Source of the DNA: Octopus bimaculoides
Taxonomy: Eukaryota
NCBI RefSeq assembly: GCF_001194135.2
Contig: NC_068981.1
Span: 191,534,196 to 191,587,653 of the forward strand
Direction: 5' to 3'
Length of the DNA stretch: 53,458 bases
Each line of letters begins with the position of its first letter. The first letter of the stretch is position 1. This document shows positions 10,837 through 23,540 of the stretch, in pieces. A program made the translations under genes and the position numbers. The notes under the pieces are model-generated. The model had not been told where the DNA came from, made no database searches, and saw only the letters and a program-made list of their open reading frames with translations.

Positions 10837-11802
10837 GTAGGTGAATCAGACTTTAAACCTTGTCACAAAAACCAGTCTCACTAAACCCATCACTTTGTTT
10901 CCACTAAAAATGGATGTATTTTATATATTGTACAACACTCCATCACCATCTTCATTTAATGTCCACTTTTCCATGCTTGCATGGATTTGATGAAACTCAT
11001 TGAAGCAAATTTTCTACTGTTGGATGTTCTTGTCATGAAACTTCACCTGTTCCTAGCAAGGTAATATTTTCCCTAGTCCTTTGAACATGAACAATAGCAA
11101 GTCATGTTTCATGGAATATTGCAGACAAATAACACCATTTTTCCAAGGTGTAGATGGTTCTATGACCAGTAGTTTTGTTTATAGTGTACAAATATCAAGA
11201 CCCTGGGACACAAATGCAGACATAGACAAGCATGCATGCATTCGCACACACACACACACACACACACCTAGCTTTTTGGTTTCCATTTTACATACTCTCT
11301 CATAAGGCATTGGTCAACTCCTGGCTATAGTAGAAGACAGTTACCCTAGCTGCAATACAGTGGTATTGAACACAGAGCCATGTGGCTGTAAAGCAAGCCT
11401 CTTGGCCACACAGCCTTCCCTTATGTCAGTTGTTGCTGCTACAAAATAATTATGAAGTAAAATTGATTCTATTGGGTTGTCTGGAAAGTTTGTACCGATT
11501 TTTAAAGGAAAGAAAAAGGTCAATAAATACTTGCCATTACATTTTTAATCAACCAAATATGAACCATTTTGTTGCACAATGTGTCTCCATCTTTCCTTTA
11601 ACTTGAAAATACCCTCTTCCCAGAATTGAGGTGGTTTCATGGCAAATAAGTCGAAAGGTAAGCTACTATAAATCGGCATGAACTTTCCAGACAACCCAAT
11701 ACCATGATACCATGTTTTCTGAATTTTAATCTATAAATAATCTGTCTGTCTTTCATTTTGATCTGTTTCATTCTGCTTTTTTTTTTCCTTTTTCATTCTT
11801 AG

Positions 11803-11913
11803 GGCACAAATGAGCAGGCTTGTTTGCGTCTATTCTTGGACTATCATGGCCTACCTTTACTGTGGAGCTGGATGGCTGATATTGGTGATGGGGCTCCCTA
11901 TTTAAAATTACAG
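11803..11913 (+). CDS. SETD2: SETD2 exon: GTNEQACLRLFLDYHGLPLLWSWMADIGDGAPYLKLQ
   Basis: Long pyrimidine tract, then AG|GGC...CAG|GTATTA; 111 nt. HGLxLLWxWM motif of the Set2 helical autoinhibitory region. Confidence 0.95.
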
Positions 11914-12015
11914 GTATTATTTGCTGTTTATAGCTATAAATATATTTTTATATTACATGTAATGGGTTCTAATAAGCATTGCAATAATATGAAACTCTTT
12001 TTATTTCTTTTGTAG

Positions 12016-12732
12016 ATCTTGGACACTTTGAAGATGCTTCCCATAACTAACAAGACAATTCTGCAAGAAAGTAAAATTTTACCTATGGTTATAAAATGGG
12101 CTACTGAACTTAAATTGACGGCAGATCCCGAAATTGAAACAGAACAAAGCAATGATAATTCGTCACAAGCTGGTACTCCTTCATCAGTGGCAAGTCGAGA
12201 TGAACGACCACCGAAGAAGAAGGTTAAATTTGCTGACGAAACTAGTTCGGACAGTGAAATGTCAGAGTGTAGCCGGTTGAGCGGCATGATATATGTCAAT
12301 GAACCTACAACTAAAAATGGACTGAATGAAGTTGCCGACAGCTCTGATATGACATATACAGATTATTCTACCCCAGGAGGAAATTTGTACATAGACGATT
12401 TAGATGAAACCAGATCTTCTAAATCTCCTTCTAGTGGAGTGCCTAAAAGTGGAATTCTTATTAAACCAGAACTGCAAAAAGAGTTATCAAGTGAATCTTC
12501 CTCTTCACCTGTAGTTGACGACAAAATCCAGTCTAATGAAGCTGAATCTTCCTCTCCAGATATACTTGAGAAATCAACGAAAGAAAAGTCAGAAGACGAT
12601 ACTTTAACAAAAGACGATGACAGCAGCAATGAGGTCAAGGTAGCAGCGGACGAGAAGAACTTTGATTCAAGCAAGTTGTCATCAGTGGTTTCTCTCGCCA
12701 CTGACCTACTCAAGCACTGGAGTGATTTGAAG
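12016..12732 (+). CDS. SETD2: SETD2 exon: ILDTLKMLPITNKTILQESKILPMVIKWA...ATDLLKHWSDLK
   Basis: ttttgTAG|ATC...AAG|GTAACA; 717 nt, phase 0/0 (ORF track 12019..12756). Conserved ends flank a Ser/acidic linker. Confidence 0.95.
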
Positions 12733-14290
12733 GTAACACTTTTAGTAAACATTTAAAATAACTTGTTTTAATGTTACATCACAGATATGTTTGTATGGAG
12801 AAATAGGCATGGCTGTATGGTTAAAAAGTTTGCTTCCTGACTATATGGTTTTGGTTTCAGTCCAGCAGCAGAGTACATTGGGCAAGTGTCTTCTACCACA
12901 ACCTTGGGCCAATCAAAGCTTTGTCTGAAACTGAAAGAAGCCTATTGTGTATAGTTGTGTGTGTGCAAGTGCACACACATGCACCTGTATATGTGTGTGT
13001 TGACAATTGCACTCTATAAAAGTTGCAGACTGTGAGCAATTTTGTTGTTAGGTCTTTCAACAAATTGTCCACTCACTTCATTCCCATGAAGATGTATGAA
13101 ACAGGAGATCCTTTATTTGAAAAACAGATAAAGGTTGGCAACAGGAAGATAGTCAGCCAAAAGGATATTGATTTAACCCATGAAATGGGTAAAATAGAGA
13201 TAGAAACAAACGAAGTGCAGTGGCTAAAATGTACTAAGTAAACAGATTATTCTTATGAAAAAAACTCAAGGTGATGAGCTGGAGGAATTGTTAGCATATT
13301 AAACAAACTGTTTGGCAGCCTTTCTTCTTCCTCTTTGTATTCTATGTTCAGATGCTGCCATGGTCAACTTTGCTTTTCATCCCCTTGAGATCGATAAAAG
13401 AAGTACTAGTTCAGCAGTGGGGTTGGTGTAATTGACTACCCTTCCTCTGAAATTTCAGGCCTTATGCCTATAGTAGAAAGAATTATTAATAATAAATGTA
13501 TTGTGTGTGTGTGTGTGAATATCTGTAATCTATAAATGAACTTGTATGTATAGGAAATCCATCCTGTAACATTCTGAACGAAGTTCATGAATTCAACTAT
13601 ACTCCGTTACTTGTGCTATTAACTTCTACATCAAGCTAACAAAAGAGCATCTTTAGGTGCTTAATTTGCTAAAGAATAGCAGCTGAGTTCCCTTGAAACC
13701 ACACCTTGCAAGTTTAAAATAGAAAGGACACATTAAATAATGTAGCCCTAGATACATTGAATTGAAAATAAAATGGGGCTAATCATTGCAGGGTTACTTT
13801 GATCAGGGCCAACCTTGACCAAACAGACTTCTGTATCATCACTTCACAATTTATGCCCCATGCTGATAAAACAACTTATGCATTTTCTTTATATGTGCAT
13901 AATGTTTGGAACTGAATGCAACTTGTTTTTGAAAAGCAACAATTATTTTTACTAATTAGGTGTAGGAGAGTAGTTTGCTTATTTAGTCACTGGACTTAGG
14001 TTAGTAAGTCAAATGTGTTTGTACACATATACATAGTTGTGTGTGTGTTGAATTATTTTTGAAGCTGAAAATATTTATTCAGGGGTTTGAGTTTTGTATT
14101 TAACACTTTATAGCATTTGAAATGTGGTGCACACAAGGCTCAAGGCTTTGAGTCACACCTGCAGTGTTCCCAGTTTCAAAAAGAATAAAAGCATTGAAAC
14201 TCTATGTGTTTTGAACTATTTTTTCTGTTGTAAACCCATACACACCCACACAAAAATACTTAATGTATTTCTTTTTTTTGTTTTTAACAG

Positions 14291-14354
14291 GAAGTTTTCA
14301 AAATTCCAAAGAAAGAAAAGGTTGAAGAGCGGAAAAGAACAGAAAGAGAATTAG
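14291..14354 (+). CDS. SETD2: SETD2 exon: EVFKIPKKEKVEERKRTERELE (GC donor)
   Basis: tttaacAG|GAA...TTAG|GCAAGT. Matches human LKEVYRIPKK (recalled). Phase 1 out fits the next exon. Confidence 0.88.
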
Positions 14355-14611
14355 GCAAGTTTATAACTTTTAATTGTAATTAAACTGATTGCTTCTCAAC
14401 AAATATTCAGCTTCTTTATTTTCTATTTTAAATACACATATCTTTTGTATTCAAAACTGTAATTGTTTTTCCTTCCTTCAAACAAGTAAATTGTTATTAT
14501 ATATATATATATATATATACATATAGAAGCTATATTTCCTAAGTTATGTTTAAGATTGAGTGTGGAGTTAGTTTTTGCATTGCTTTATCATATTTTTATA
14601 TTTTTTTACAG

Positions 14612-14729
14612 AAAGAGATCGTAAGCGTAGATATGAGGCATCACCTGATAAAAATCATAATCGTTTTAGAACACGCTCAGATCGAAGGCGGGATGATGTT
14701 CAAGAATTGCTCAATCCCAATAGGCCTAG
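14612..14729 (+). CDS. SETD2: SETD2 exon: RDRKRRYEASPDKNHNRFRTRSDRRRDDVQELLNPNRPR
   Basis: ttttacAG|AA...CCTAG|GTATTT; phase 1 in, phase 2 out; Arg/Asp-rich. Confidence 0.8.
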
Positions 14730-14834
14730 GTATTTTGTTTTATTTCATGTATTCAATTTAATGTCATTTGTAGAGTGAGCCTTTAAATCTGGGATGGGTG
14801 TCAAATTGTGAAATTTAATTCACAGGGAATTTAT

Positions 14835-15060
14835 TTCAGTAATAATCATCTAATTTTGGCTCAAGGCCAGCAATTTTGTGGGGAGCTACAGATCTATTAC
14901 ATTGACTGCAGTACTTTACTGATACTTTATTTTATCAGCCCCAAAAACATAAATGCTAAGTTTATCTTCATGGATTTTGAACTCAAAATGTTGACAGCCA
15001 GAAGAAATGCTGCTAGGCATTTTGTCCAATGCATTACTGATTCTGCCAGCTCACCACTTT
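14835..15060 (-). mobile_element. tRNA-derived SINE family 2 (antisense); further copies at ~13270-13480(+), 19270-19370(+), 36510-36910, 37685-37875, 38340-38930, 41750-41940, 48985-49070(+), 51125-51315
   Basis: GAATTTGAACTC (reverse-complement B box) and GCTAA..ATTCTGCCAGCTC (reverse-complement A-box region), with shared ATCGACCCCAGT...CTGGTACTT...ACCCCGAAAGGATGAAAGGCAAAGT body. Confidence 0.7.
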
Positions 15061-16303
15061 ATATAATAGTAATAATAATAATAATACTTTCCACTATAGG
15101 CATAAGGCCTGAAATTTGGGTAAGTGGGACTAGCTTATTATATTGACTCCCAACACCTAACAATGATAACAAATGATGTGCATGGTACATGGGATAAAAC
15201 ACAAGCCAGAAAAGTGAATCGTAAAAGAGCCATAAAGATGAAAGAATGCCTAAGGCAAATTATAGATTAAATAATCACAGAACTTGGAATAAAACCATCA
15301 GCTATTGCAAAGAAATAATGAATTATATTTTCAGGAACAAAAAAATATTAATAATAAGAAAAAACATCAAACATGCCTATAGGAAATACCAGTTTGTTTT
15401 GAAATACTTCAAATCAAAATATGATGTGAGGCAAAGAATTATTGTGTATATTGCAAACAACTCTTATAATTAATTTTAGTTGAAATATTAAATCTCAATA
15501 CTATTGCAATATAGTTTTTAAAATATTTTGTTTTTGTGAAGTAATTATATCTGTTTATTGGCAATAATCTATAGATGAAATTAATGAATCTGGGAAATAC
15601 GAATTTTATCTTCTATTGCTGAGTATAAGCTTAAGTGTGGCTGTGCCGTTAACAAGCTTCCCACCCATGTGGTTTCAGGTTCAGTCCCAGTCTATAGCAA
15701 TTGTCTTCTACTATAGCACCACAGTGGGTGTAGTGCTAGTCAATTTATTTGTTATCTCCTGCTTCATGTTTAAGTCACTTTAGCCATTGGCTTACCTATC
15801 CTTGAACTGACACTAGTTCAGTTCCAACCCCTTAAATGGATATTGTAGAGGTAAAAGTAGTTCATTGCTACTAGCAGCAAAGACAAAGCAGACATAATGT
15901 TTTGTTAATGTTTAACCCTTATTTCCAATGCACCCATAGCCAGAAAAAAAGGCAATGGGAAATCTATTCAATGTGTTTCTACCTATAGAATCTTCACATC
16001 TAGATAGTTCTTCAATGGATCACCGAATAATTCATTGAGTTACAATGTTAATGTCTTTCTTTAATATAGTTAGATGTTGAAGCTACATATTAAAGAACAC
16101 ATACACATGTGCTTGATTAATTCTAATACTATTATAATATTGTTAATATCAATATGAATAGTTATGATGTCTTTCTAGTATTATTTATCTCAAATGTATG
16201 TATTGTTTGTTTTTATGTTTTATATATGCCTTGTTTCTTTCATGCAATTCATTTAAGTGTTATATTTTGCATTTTACATATATAGAATTTATGGTTTCAA
16301 CAG

Positions 16304-17079
16304 GCGTGTTCTGCTACCTACACCGCCCAAGCTGAGCAAAGAAGAACGGCGCCAACAGTTTGAGGCCCAAGTAAGAGCAGAAGATGAACGTGCAGAATTT
16401 CAAAAGCAACAAGAAGCAGCTTACATTCAACAACAACAAGAATATATGCAACAATACAATATTTCCGGTGAAGGCAATGGCTATGATTACTATGCACAGC
16501 ATGACCCAAATATTGCTTACCAACAAGATCCAAACATGGTTTACCAGCATGATCCGAATGTAGCATATACACAAGATCCTTCAGCAGTGGTAGCTTACCA
16601 AGCAGACCCAGTGACTGGAATGTTTCCAACTCCTGCTACATACCAACAAGATCCAAATGCTCAGTATCAAGACCCCAACAGTGTTTACCATCTATCCAAT
16701 TATCTCATACCACCCCCTACAGATCCAGCTGCCTATGCAGTGTCAACAGCTGATCCAGCTGTATACCCAGTACCACCCCCAACAGATCCTAATGCTTATC
16801 AAATACACCCAACTGACCCAACTGCTTATCAAATACAACCACCTGATGCAAATGCTTATACTGTAACCCCTACGGACCCAAATGCATACCAGGTCCCTGC
16901 ACCTGAACAAACGACTTTCCAAACCACCACAGAACAGACTAGTTATCAGACTGAAAGTAGCAACTATCAGATATCTGTTCCACCACCTGTTACACCTGTA
17001 CCTACTGAGCCTAGTTATCCAAAACCAAGTGTAGCAGTAACAGCTGCTACTTCACCAGCAGTTACTCAACAACCAGCAG
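16304..17079 (+). CDS. SETD2: SETD2 exon: KLSKEERRQQFEAQV coiled segment followed by Y/Q/DPN repeats
   Basis: caacAG|G CGT...GCAG|GTAAGA (ORF track 16257..17243). KLSxEERRxxFE is conserved in SETD2. An alternative in-frame acceptor lies at 16286. Confidence 0.9.
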
Positions 17080-17146
17080 GTAAGAAAATATGTACACTTG
17101 CAAATACTCACACAAACACACACACACATGCATATTCACATATGTA

Positions 17147-18072
17147 CACAGATATGACAGAAGTAAATAGACACCCTTATAATCAAAATTTATTTAAATC
17201 TGAAATTATACATTTAAATTATTTATTAATTCTTATAATGTGAATACTTAGTATTCACATTATAATGCCCTTTGCATTTTTCAATGCAAGGACCCTATTA
17301 GGCATGCTACTGATCAGATGATGAATATTCTCTTGTGGAATTTCTTGCCAAGTTGCTTTCTTGTTCTTTTTATGAAGTGTCCTGTCCATTATGTCCCAGA
17401 GGTGTTCAATAGTGTTCATATCTGGTGACTGGCTTGGCCATGGAAGCTTNNNNNNNNNNGGTGTTCAATAGTGTTCATATCTGGTGACTGGCTTGGCCAT
17501 GGAAGCTTTTTAACGCCATTCTCATCCAACAAATCTTGGGTCATTTTAGCCGTGAGGCAAGGAGCCCCCTCTTCCATAAATGACGTGTCTTTAATCATTT
17601 CACCTCTGGAGAAGATTGGAAGGAGTCCTTTCTGCAATATGGACACATATTTATCTGAGTTTGTTTCCCTCACTCTCCACCAGTTCTGATCAATCATTGA
17701 TCCCCAGACCATCACAGAGTAGCTGCTGTGTTGCATTGTTGGCTGCAATCTTTTCACACCAAATTCTTGATCACAGAGTCTTCAGACCCACAATCGACCA
17801 CTGTTAGGAAATACAGCAAATCTGGACTTATTAGAGACTATGACAGTGTCCAAAAATGCTAGTGGCCTCTCCACCATCTCACTGGCCCAATCTTTTCTGG
17901 GACTGACATCAACTTGTTCTGCTTCTTTTGTACATGGCAAGATTAAACAGTCACATATAGAACCTGAAACATAAAAATGTCCATTAATAAAAAATATAGA
18001 CCTTTACATGTTAGAATAAACATAAAATAACGATGTTTTATAGGGTGTCTATTTATTTCTGCCACGTCTGTG
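17147..18072 (-). mobile_element. Internally deleted Tc1/mariner (DD34E-type) DNA transposon remnant
   Basis: ~31-bp TIRs: CACAGATATGACAGAAGTAAATAGACACCCT versus reverse complement CACAGACGTGGCAGAAATAAATAGACACCCT. TA on both flanks. Minus ORF 17416..17757 has VMVWG, FMEEGAPC and WPSQSPDMNTIEH. Confidence 0.9.
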
Positions 18073-19829
18073 TACATATTCTTCAGCCAATTCTCAAAAT
18101 GTCACATTGCATTTATGTTCGTATCTAATGCTGTTGATTTCTTTTCCTCATTAAAACACTTTGTGTCTGTCACTGGACATATTAGAAAATGAAAACTTAC
18201 ATGATATGACAAACACACGCTCAAGTATCACAATATCATAAAGGTGTATGTATTTAGTAGTTTCACCTTTTACATAAAACATCACTGTAAAAAGAACAGC
18301 AACTGTAATTTTATATTATAATCTAATATATTGGGGTAGCCATGTAACTCTTCTACAGCAAGACACCTGTTTTTCTGCTACAAAGCCACTTTCCCCTATA
18401 CTACCCTACCCTCCCATAAGATGTGGAGGGGATTTTGTCTTTGGTGCTCACTAATGCCAGTCCCATGTAGAAAACATCCAGTACATTCTGAAAAATGATT
18501 AGCATTAGGAAGGGCTTCTAGCCATAGAAATCATGCCAAAGTGGACAGTGGAGTTTGGCACAGTCTTTGCTCATGGACTCCAGCATGGAAAAATGGTCAT
18601 TGAATGGTGATGATGGTAAGAGCAGTCGTGTCTTCTTAAAATCACACACAACTGTCTTAAAGAAGGGAAGACACATTTAGAAAGATACAAAAAAAAAAAG
18701 GAGAGAGAAAATGACAGAGAAAAGTGATCACAATTGAAATGCTTTGGTCTTATGTCTGCTGGATCAAAGTTAAACTGGGGTTAAAAGGTGACAATATGTA
18801 ACTAGGCCTCACTGAAAGAAAATGATCTATATTGTAGATGTGTTGCAGTGGAGATTACCAATTATCACAGCATATTATCAATCTGTAAAGCTACTATGCA
18901 ATTACTTTTCTCCATTTTAACTTCCTTGCATCCAACAATGAAACATCTGACCTGGCCTGATTACAACTAGTTTTTAACTGGTTTAACTAAATTTAAAAGA
19001 AACAAAAATCCATCTTTAAAAGCCATATCAGCAGTGAGTTGACCAAATCATTAGACAATCTATATGCCAACATAGAAAGCGGACATTAAATGATGACAGT
19101 GGAGATTATTATTATTATTATTATTATTGCTACTGCTGTTGTTGAAATATTGTAAAGGATGCACCAGAGCATCTGTTTCAATTCTTTGTGTCTTAAGTTC
19201 AAATTCCACCAGATATAACTTTTTTAATCCATTTTTTTGGAGTTAATAAAAATAAAATCAGTCTAAGGTAGTGAATATAGTAATAAGAATGTCAGACGAG
19301 ATGGCTTGCAGTATTTTCTTCCAGGCCTTTGCATTCTGAGTTCAAATCCTGTCATGGCCTACTTGGGTGGTAGACTACACCTGTCACCCAGTTTCACTCC
19401 ACTATCTGACACCTTTAGTGTCTTTACTGGAATTCTTTCTGTCACAAGCATCCAGACTGGGTTTCAATTTTGAAGATAGCTTCTTCCTTCCCTCCCACTG
19501 GCGTCAAAGGCCCTGCATAAAGTCATGGTCACTGCCCTTCTGCCACCATCATCAGAGGACTGTTTTGTGCTCCGCTATCTACTTTGGTTGGATTTCTATG
19601 GCAGGATGCCCTTCTTAATGCCAACCACTTTAGAGAGTGTGTTGGGTAGACTTTTTCTCTTTTTTGTGGCACCAGCACTTGTGAGGTTGCCAATTCAGCT
19701 TGCAAGACAAGACTCTTCAGCTGAGTCTTGGTGTAGTGTTGAGAGTGGTGGCTTTGTGCCAGGTGTTGAGATACTAAATTATGATGGTTACCCTCTGCAC
19801 ATGGAGAAGATTAAAAGTGTGTGTGTGTC

Positions 19830-20110
19830 ATCATCATCATCATCATCATTTAATGTTCATTTCCCATGCTGGCATGGGTTGGACAGTTTGATAGGAGCTG
19901 TCCAGACTCCATTTGTCTGCTTTGGCATGGTTTCTACAGCTTGATGCCCTTCCTAATGCCAACCACTTCACAGAGTGTGCTGGATGCTTTTTATGTGCCA
20001 TCAGCACAGATGCACTTATGCAGCAATGGCACAAGTGCATTTTATGTGGCACTTGCACCTGCAAAACAGAGACCTCTCAGCTGGGAGAGGGAGTGGCAGC
20101 ATGGCTATCA
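19830..20110 (-). mobile_element. RTE LINE 3' end (antisense)
   Basis: (CAT)n-TTTAATGTTCATTTCCCATGCTGGCATGGGTTGGAC...GATGCCCTTCCTAATGCCAACCAC. Confidence 0.75.
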
Positions 20111-20354
20111 AGGACATGCCTGTGTGTGTATATATATTATAAACACTTTTTCTTTCTAGAATTTAAATACTGAATCCTTTGTTGAACTTTTGTTTTTTAA
20201 TTTAATTGTATTAAGATAGTATATAGTGTCTACATTATTTTACAGTATAAGCTACACTCTATAAATGAAATAAACGGATAACTTTGATGTTAAATACACA
20301 TATATTTATAATTTTTAAATAAAATATTGAAATATTGTTAAATTTCAATTGCAG

Positions 20355-20524
20355 AAGCTCTTTCAGAACATTGCTTTATGCCAGCACCAAGTGTACCAGT
20401 TGTACTTGAAACAGGCACCTCTCAGACAACACCTAATCATAGTGTTTTACCAACAATGACACCAACATATATAGAACCTGGGAGCTCTGTACCTACTTTG
20501 TATTCTAATACACCTGCTTTTTCT
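20355..20524 (+). CDS. SETD2: SETD2 exon: Pro/Thr/Ser-rich linker, (E)ALSEHCFMPAPSVPVV...TPAFS
   Basis: ttgcAG|AA...TCT|GTAAGT. Phases 1/0 bridge the neighbouring exons. Low complexity, so support comes mostly from splice signals and phase. Confidence 0.75.
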
Positions 20525-21370
20525 GTAAGTTTATATCCTAAATTTCCTGTTCTTATTATTTATAGTTTTTATTCTTTTAGTACTATGCTGATAAATGTTT
20601 ACTTCTTCACAATTAATAAATTGTCTTTTTCTTCTACGTTGCAACAATACAAATGTTATATAAGCAAACAGAATTTATTGAATGAAAGTATTATGCTGGA
20701 AAGACTTCATGTTAAGTATCATGTCTGGTTTCCATGTCTAAAGTAATGTAATTGGGCTTTTAACAAAGAAAATTATGATATCCATTTATGCTTTACTTAA
20801 TTAATTCCAGAGAAACTTGCGTTGTTTTATAGTAAACTTTCCAGATTAAAGGAAATTTGGGTTTTGCAGTTTTGTTGTTGCGAATTTTCTGTAGAATTGA
20901 AGTTGGGTTTACTGTAAATATGAAACATGTATTCTATAATGAGTAGAGCTGCAGGCTGGCTCTATAATTAAGAAGTTTGTTTCCCAACCACATTGGTTCA
21001 GTTTCTATGTCACTCCATGGCACCTTCGGCAAGTGTCTTTTAATACAGTCTAGAGCTAATCAAAACCTTGTGAGAGGATTTTGTTGATGGAAACTGAAAG
21101 AAGCCTGTTGTGCATGTGTTTGTGTCCTTTCTGGTAATTGTAAATTAGTATCCCTGTTAGAGTGTCCTTCATTTCCAATCTTCTATGAAAGCATGTCTGT
21201 TTATGGGGAAATATTACCACCTTGGTTGGCAACAGAAAGGGCATCAGGCTGTAGAAAATCTGCCTCAATAAACACCAGCTGCCCCATGCCAGCATGAGAA
21301 AGTGGATGTTAAAATGACATTGATAACATTGATGATAATACATTGTTGAATTATTTCCATTAGCATAAAC

Positions 21371-22166
21371 CAGTGGTTCTCAACTGGGGTATATATGATC
21401 TCTGGATCTCCATGTGACCTGGGTGTCCACTTAAGAAAAATAGCAAATTGGGTCCACATCATCATCATCATCGTTTAATGTATGTTTTCCATGCTGGACA
21501 GTTTTCTGTGTTGGATGGTTTGACTGAGGTCTGGAGAGCCAGTGGCTGTACCAGGCTTCAATCTGATTTGGCAATGTTTCTACAGCTGTATGCCCTTCTT
21601 AACACCAACCACTCCGAGAGTGTAGTGGGTGCTTTTTACATGCCACTGGCACAAGAACCAGTCAGTGGGTACTGGCATCAGCCACGATTGGTTAGTGCTT
21701 TTTACGTGCCACCAGCACAGGAGCTGGTTGGGTGGACGTGGTATCAACCACATTCAAATGGTGCTTTTTACATGCCATCGGCCACGTTTGGTTGGTGCTT
21801 TTTTATGTGCCACCTTCACGGGGGCCAGTCAGGTGGACCTGGCATCGACCACATTCGGATGGTGCTTTTTATGTGCCACCGGCACGGGAACCAGTCGGGT
21901 CACTGGCCACTGCTAGGATATTGGTTTTACTTGACAGGGTCAATGATTTTAAGGGCTATAGATGTATTTATTGTAAGAAACATTAAGTTTCTTTCTCTAA
22001 CGTTTTACGGCGTCCAAACTGTGCAAGTGAATATGTAAATAGCAAAATAGGAATTTTGGAAGAAGTGTCTATAAAATTGTTTTTACACATCAAATGCCTA
22101 TGGGGTCCACCAGAATAAAATAGTAATCAAAGGGATCCATAGATAAAAAATAGTTAAGAACTGTTG
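21371..22166. mobile_element. hAT/Charlie-type MITE, copy 1, interrupted by an antisense RTE 3' end (~21457-21908)
   Basis: Left TIR CAGTGGTTCTCAAC; degenerate right TIR TAGTTAAGAACTGTTG; 8-bp flanks GCATAAAC/GTCTAAAC. The body matches 39945-40295. Confidence 0.75.
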
Positions 22167-22262
22167 GTCTAAACACAGCTACCCATCATAATTAGATCAT
22201 GATTATCTGATTGTCTTTCTACTAAAACAAATACCTAATATACATCTTTTCTTTCTCTTCAG

Positions 22263-22631
22263 GTTCAATCGAAGTACATGACTACACCTCAAGCAAGTCA
22301 AACGACATCCTACCCACAGACAACACCTCCTCAATCCAGCACACTACCTCAGCTACCCCCTCAGCCTCCGCAGCTGCCTGCAACTTCTCTTGTTAATGTC
22401 CCTCCTCCGACTCCATCATCAACTCCGCAGACACCATTATTTGTACAAGGCCAACAAGGCCAGCCTCAACAACAGCCACCAGCAGCACCTCCTCAGGTTT
22501 TCTATCCTCCAACACCACAAGCACTGGTTGTACCTCCTCCACAACATTTCTCTCAGCCCCAGGCCTCAACTCCAGCCGTTGCTAGCTCACAAGTTGTACA
22601 AATTAACCAAGGATTATTTGCTTGTCAACAG
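22263..22631 (+). CDS. SETD2: SETD2 exon: Gln/Pro-rich linker, VQSKYMTTPQASQ...GLFACQQ
   Basis: ctttctcttcAG|GTT...CAG|GTAAAT; 369 nt, phase 0/0 (ORF track 22278..22661). Confidence 0.85.
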
Positions 22632-23059
22632 GTAAATTGCTTTAGATTACATTGTGGTTAGGAAGACAATATTGTAATTACCTATTAGTTTTTTTTTTTA
22701 TTTATCTGAACAGCTGCAAACATGGTTGTGTGGTTTGTGCAAAGTTCACTTTGCAACCATGCAGTTTCAGGTTCAGTCCCACTGCATAGCTCCTTGGGTG
22801 TGTGTCTTCTACTGTGGCCCTTGGCCAATTGGTGCTTTTTGAGTGGAGGCTCAGCATATGTATATTTCAGTTTGTTTGCATCCCTGTGACTTAATGGCTC
22901 TGCAAATAGAGACCAGTTAAATAAGTATCAGACTTAAAGATAGGCATGGGGGTTGATTTGATCAGGTAAAACCCATCAAGGTTGTGTGCCCTAGTATGGT
23001 CTTAGTTCAATGACTGAAACAAATGTTCAAAATTTTGCTAATGCTATACCTTTGCTGGC

Positions 23060-23240
23060 GCCACATAAAAAACACCCAGTACACTCTAAAGTGACTGACA
23101 TTAAGAAGGGCATCCATCTGTAGGGTCTATGTCAAAACAGACAATTGGAGCCTGATGCAACCCTTCATCTGGCCAGCTCCTGTCAAACCATCCAACCCAT
23201 GCCAGCATGGAAAAGGACTTGAAATAATAATGATGATGAT
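23060..23240 (+). mobile_element. RTE LINE 3' end
   Basis: AAGAAGGGCATCCATCTGTAG...CCATCCAACCCATGCCAGCATGGAAA...GATGATGATG. Confidence 0.7.
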
Positions 23241-23349
23241 GCTTTCATTTAGTCAACAGATTGTAAACAGTGACATTTTGATATTTTAAACGTGAATTTC
23301 TAAATTCTCACCACTTTGTTTAACATCAATTCGAACTGTCCGCTTCCAG

Positions 23350-23540
23350 GTTGACCAATTACAGCAGTTACAAATGCAAAACATTGTTTTACCGTCAACA
23401 ACTTCAACTAATGCAGCAACCGACGATGAACCTCCTCCACCACCCTCACCTCCAAAGCCAAAAGTTACCAAGCTTCCAGCCAATTGGAAGATAGCTAAAG
23501 ATGCAGAAGGAAAACAGTATTATTATCATACTCTAACAAG
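23350..23540 (+). CDS. SETD2: SETD2 exon: N-part of the WW domain, ...PPPPSPPKPKVTKLPANWKIAKDAEGKQYYYHTLTR
   Basis: cttccAG|GTT...AAG|GTGAAT. LPxNW...G+xYYYH is the WW signature. Confidence 0.95.

Noticed and set aside
12363-12752. 129-aa minus-strand ORF
   Set aside because: Antisense shadow of the large SETD2 exon.
17400-17510. ~50-bp direct repeat flanking a 10-N gap
   Set aside because: Typical contig-overlap assembly artefact, not biology.
19540-19565. Other CTGATGA hits as additional hammerheads (minus ~19545; also ~32596, ~34305)
   Set aside because: There is no stem II or correctly spaced GAAA and stem I/III pairing.
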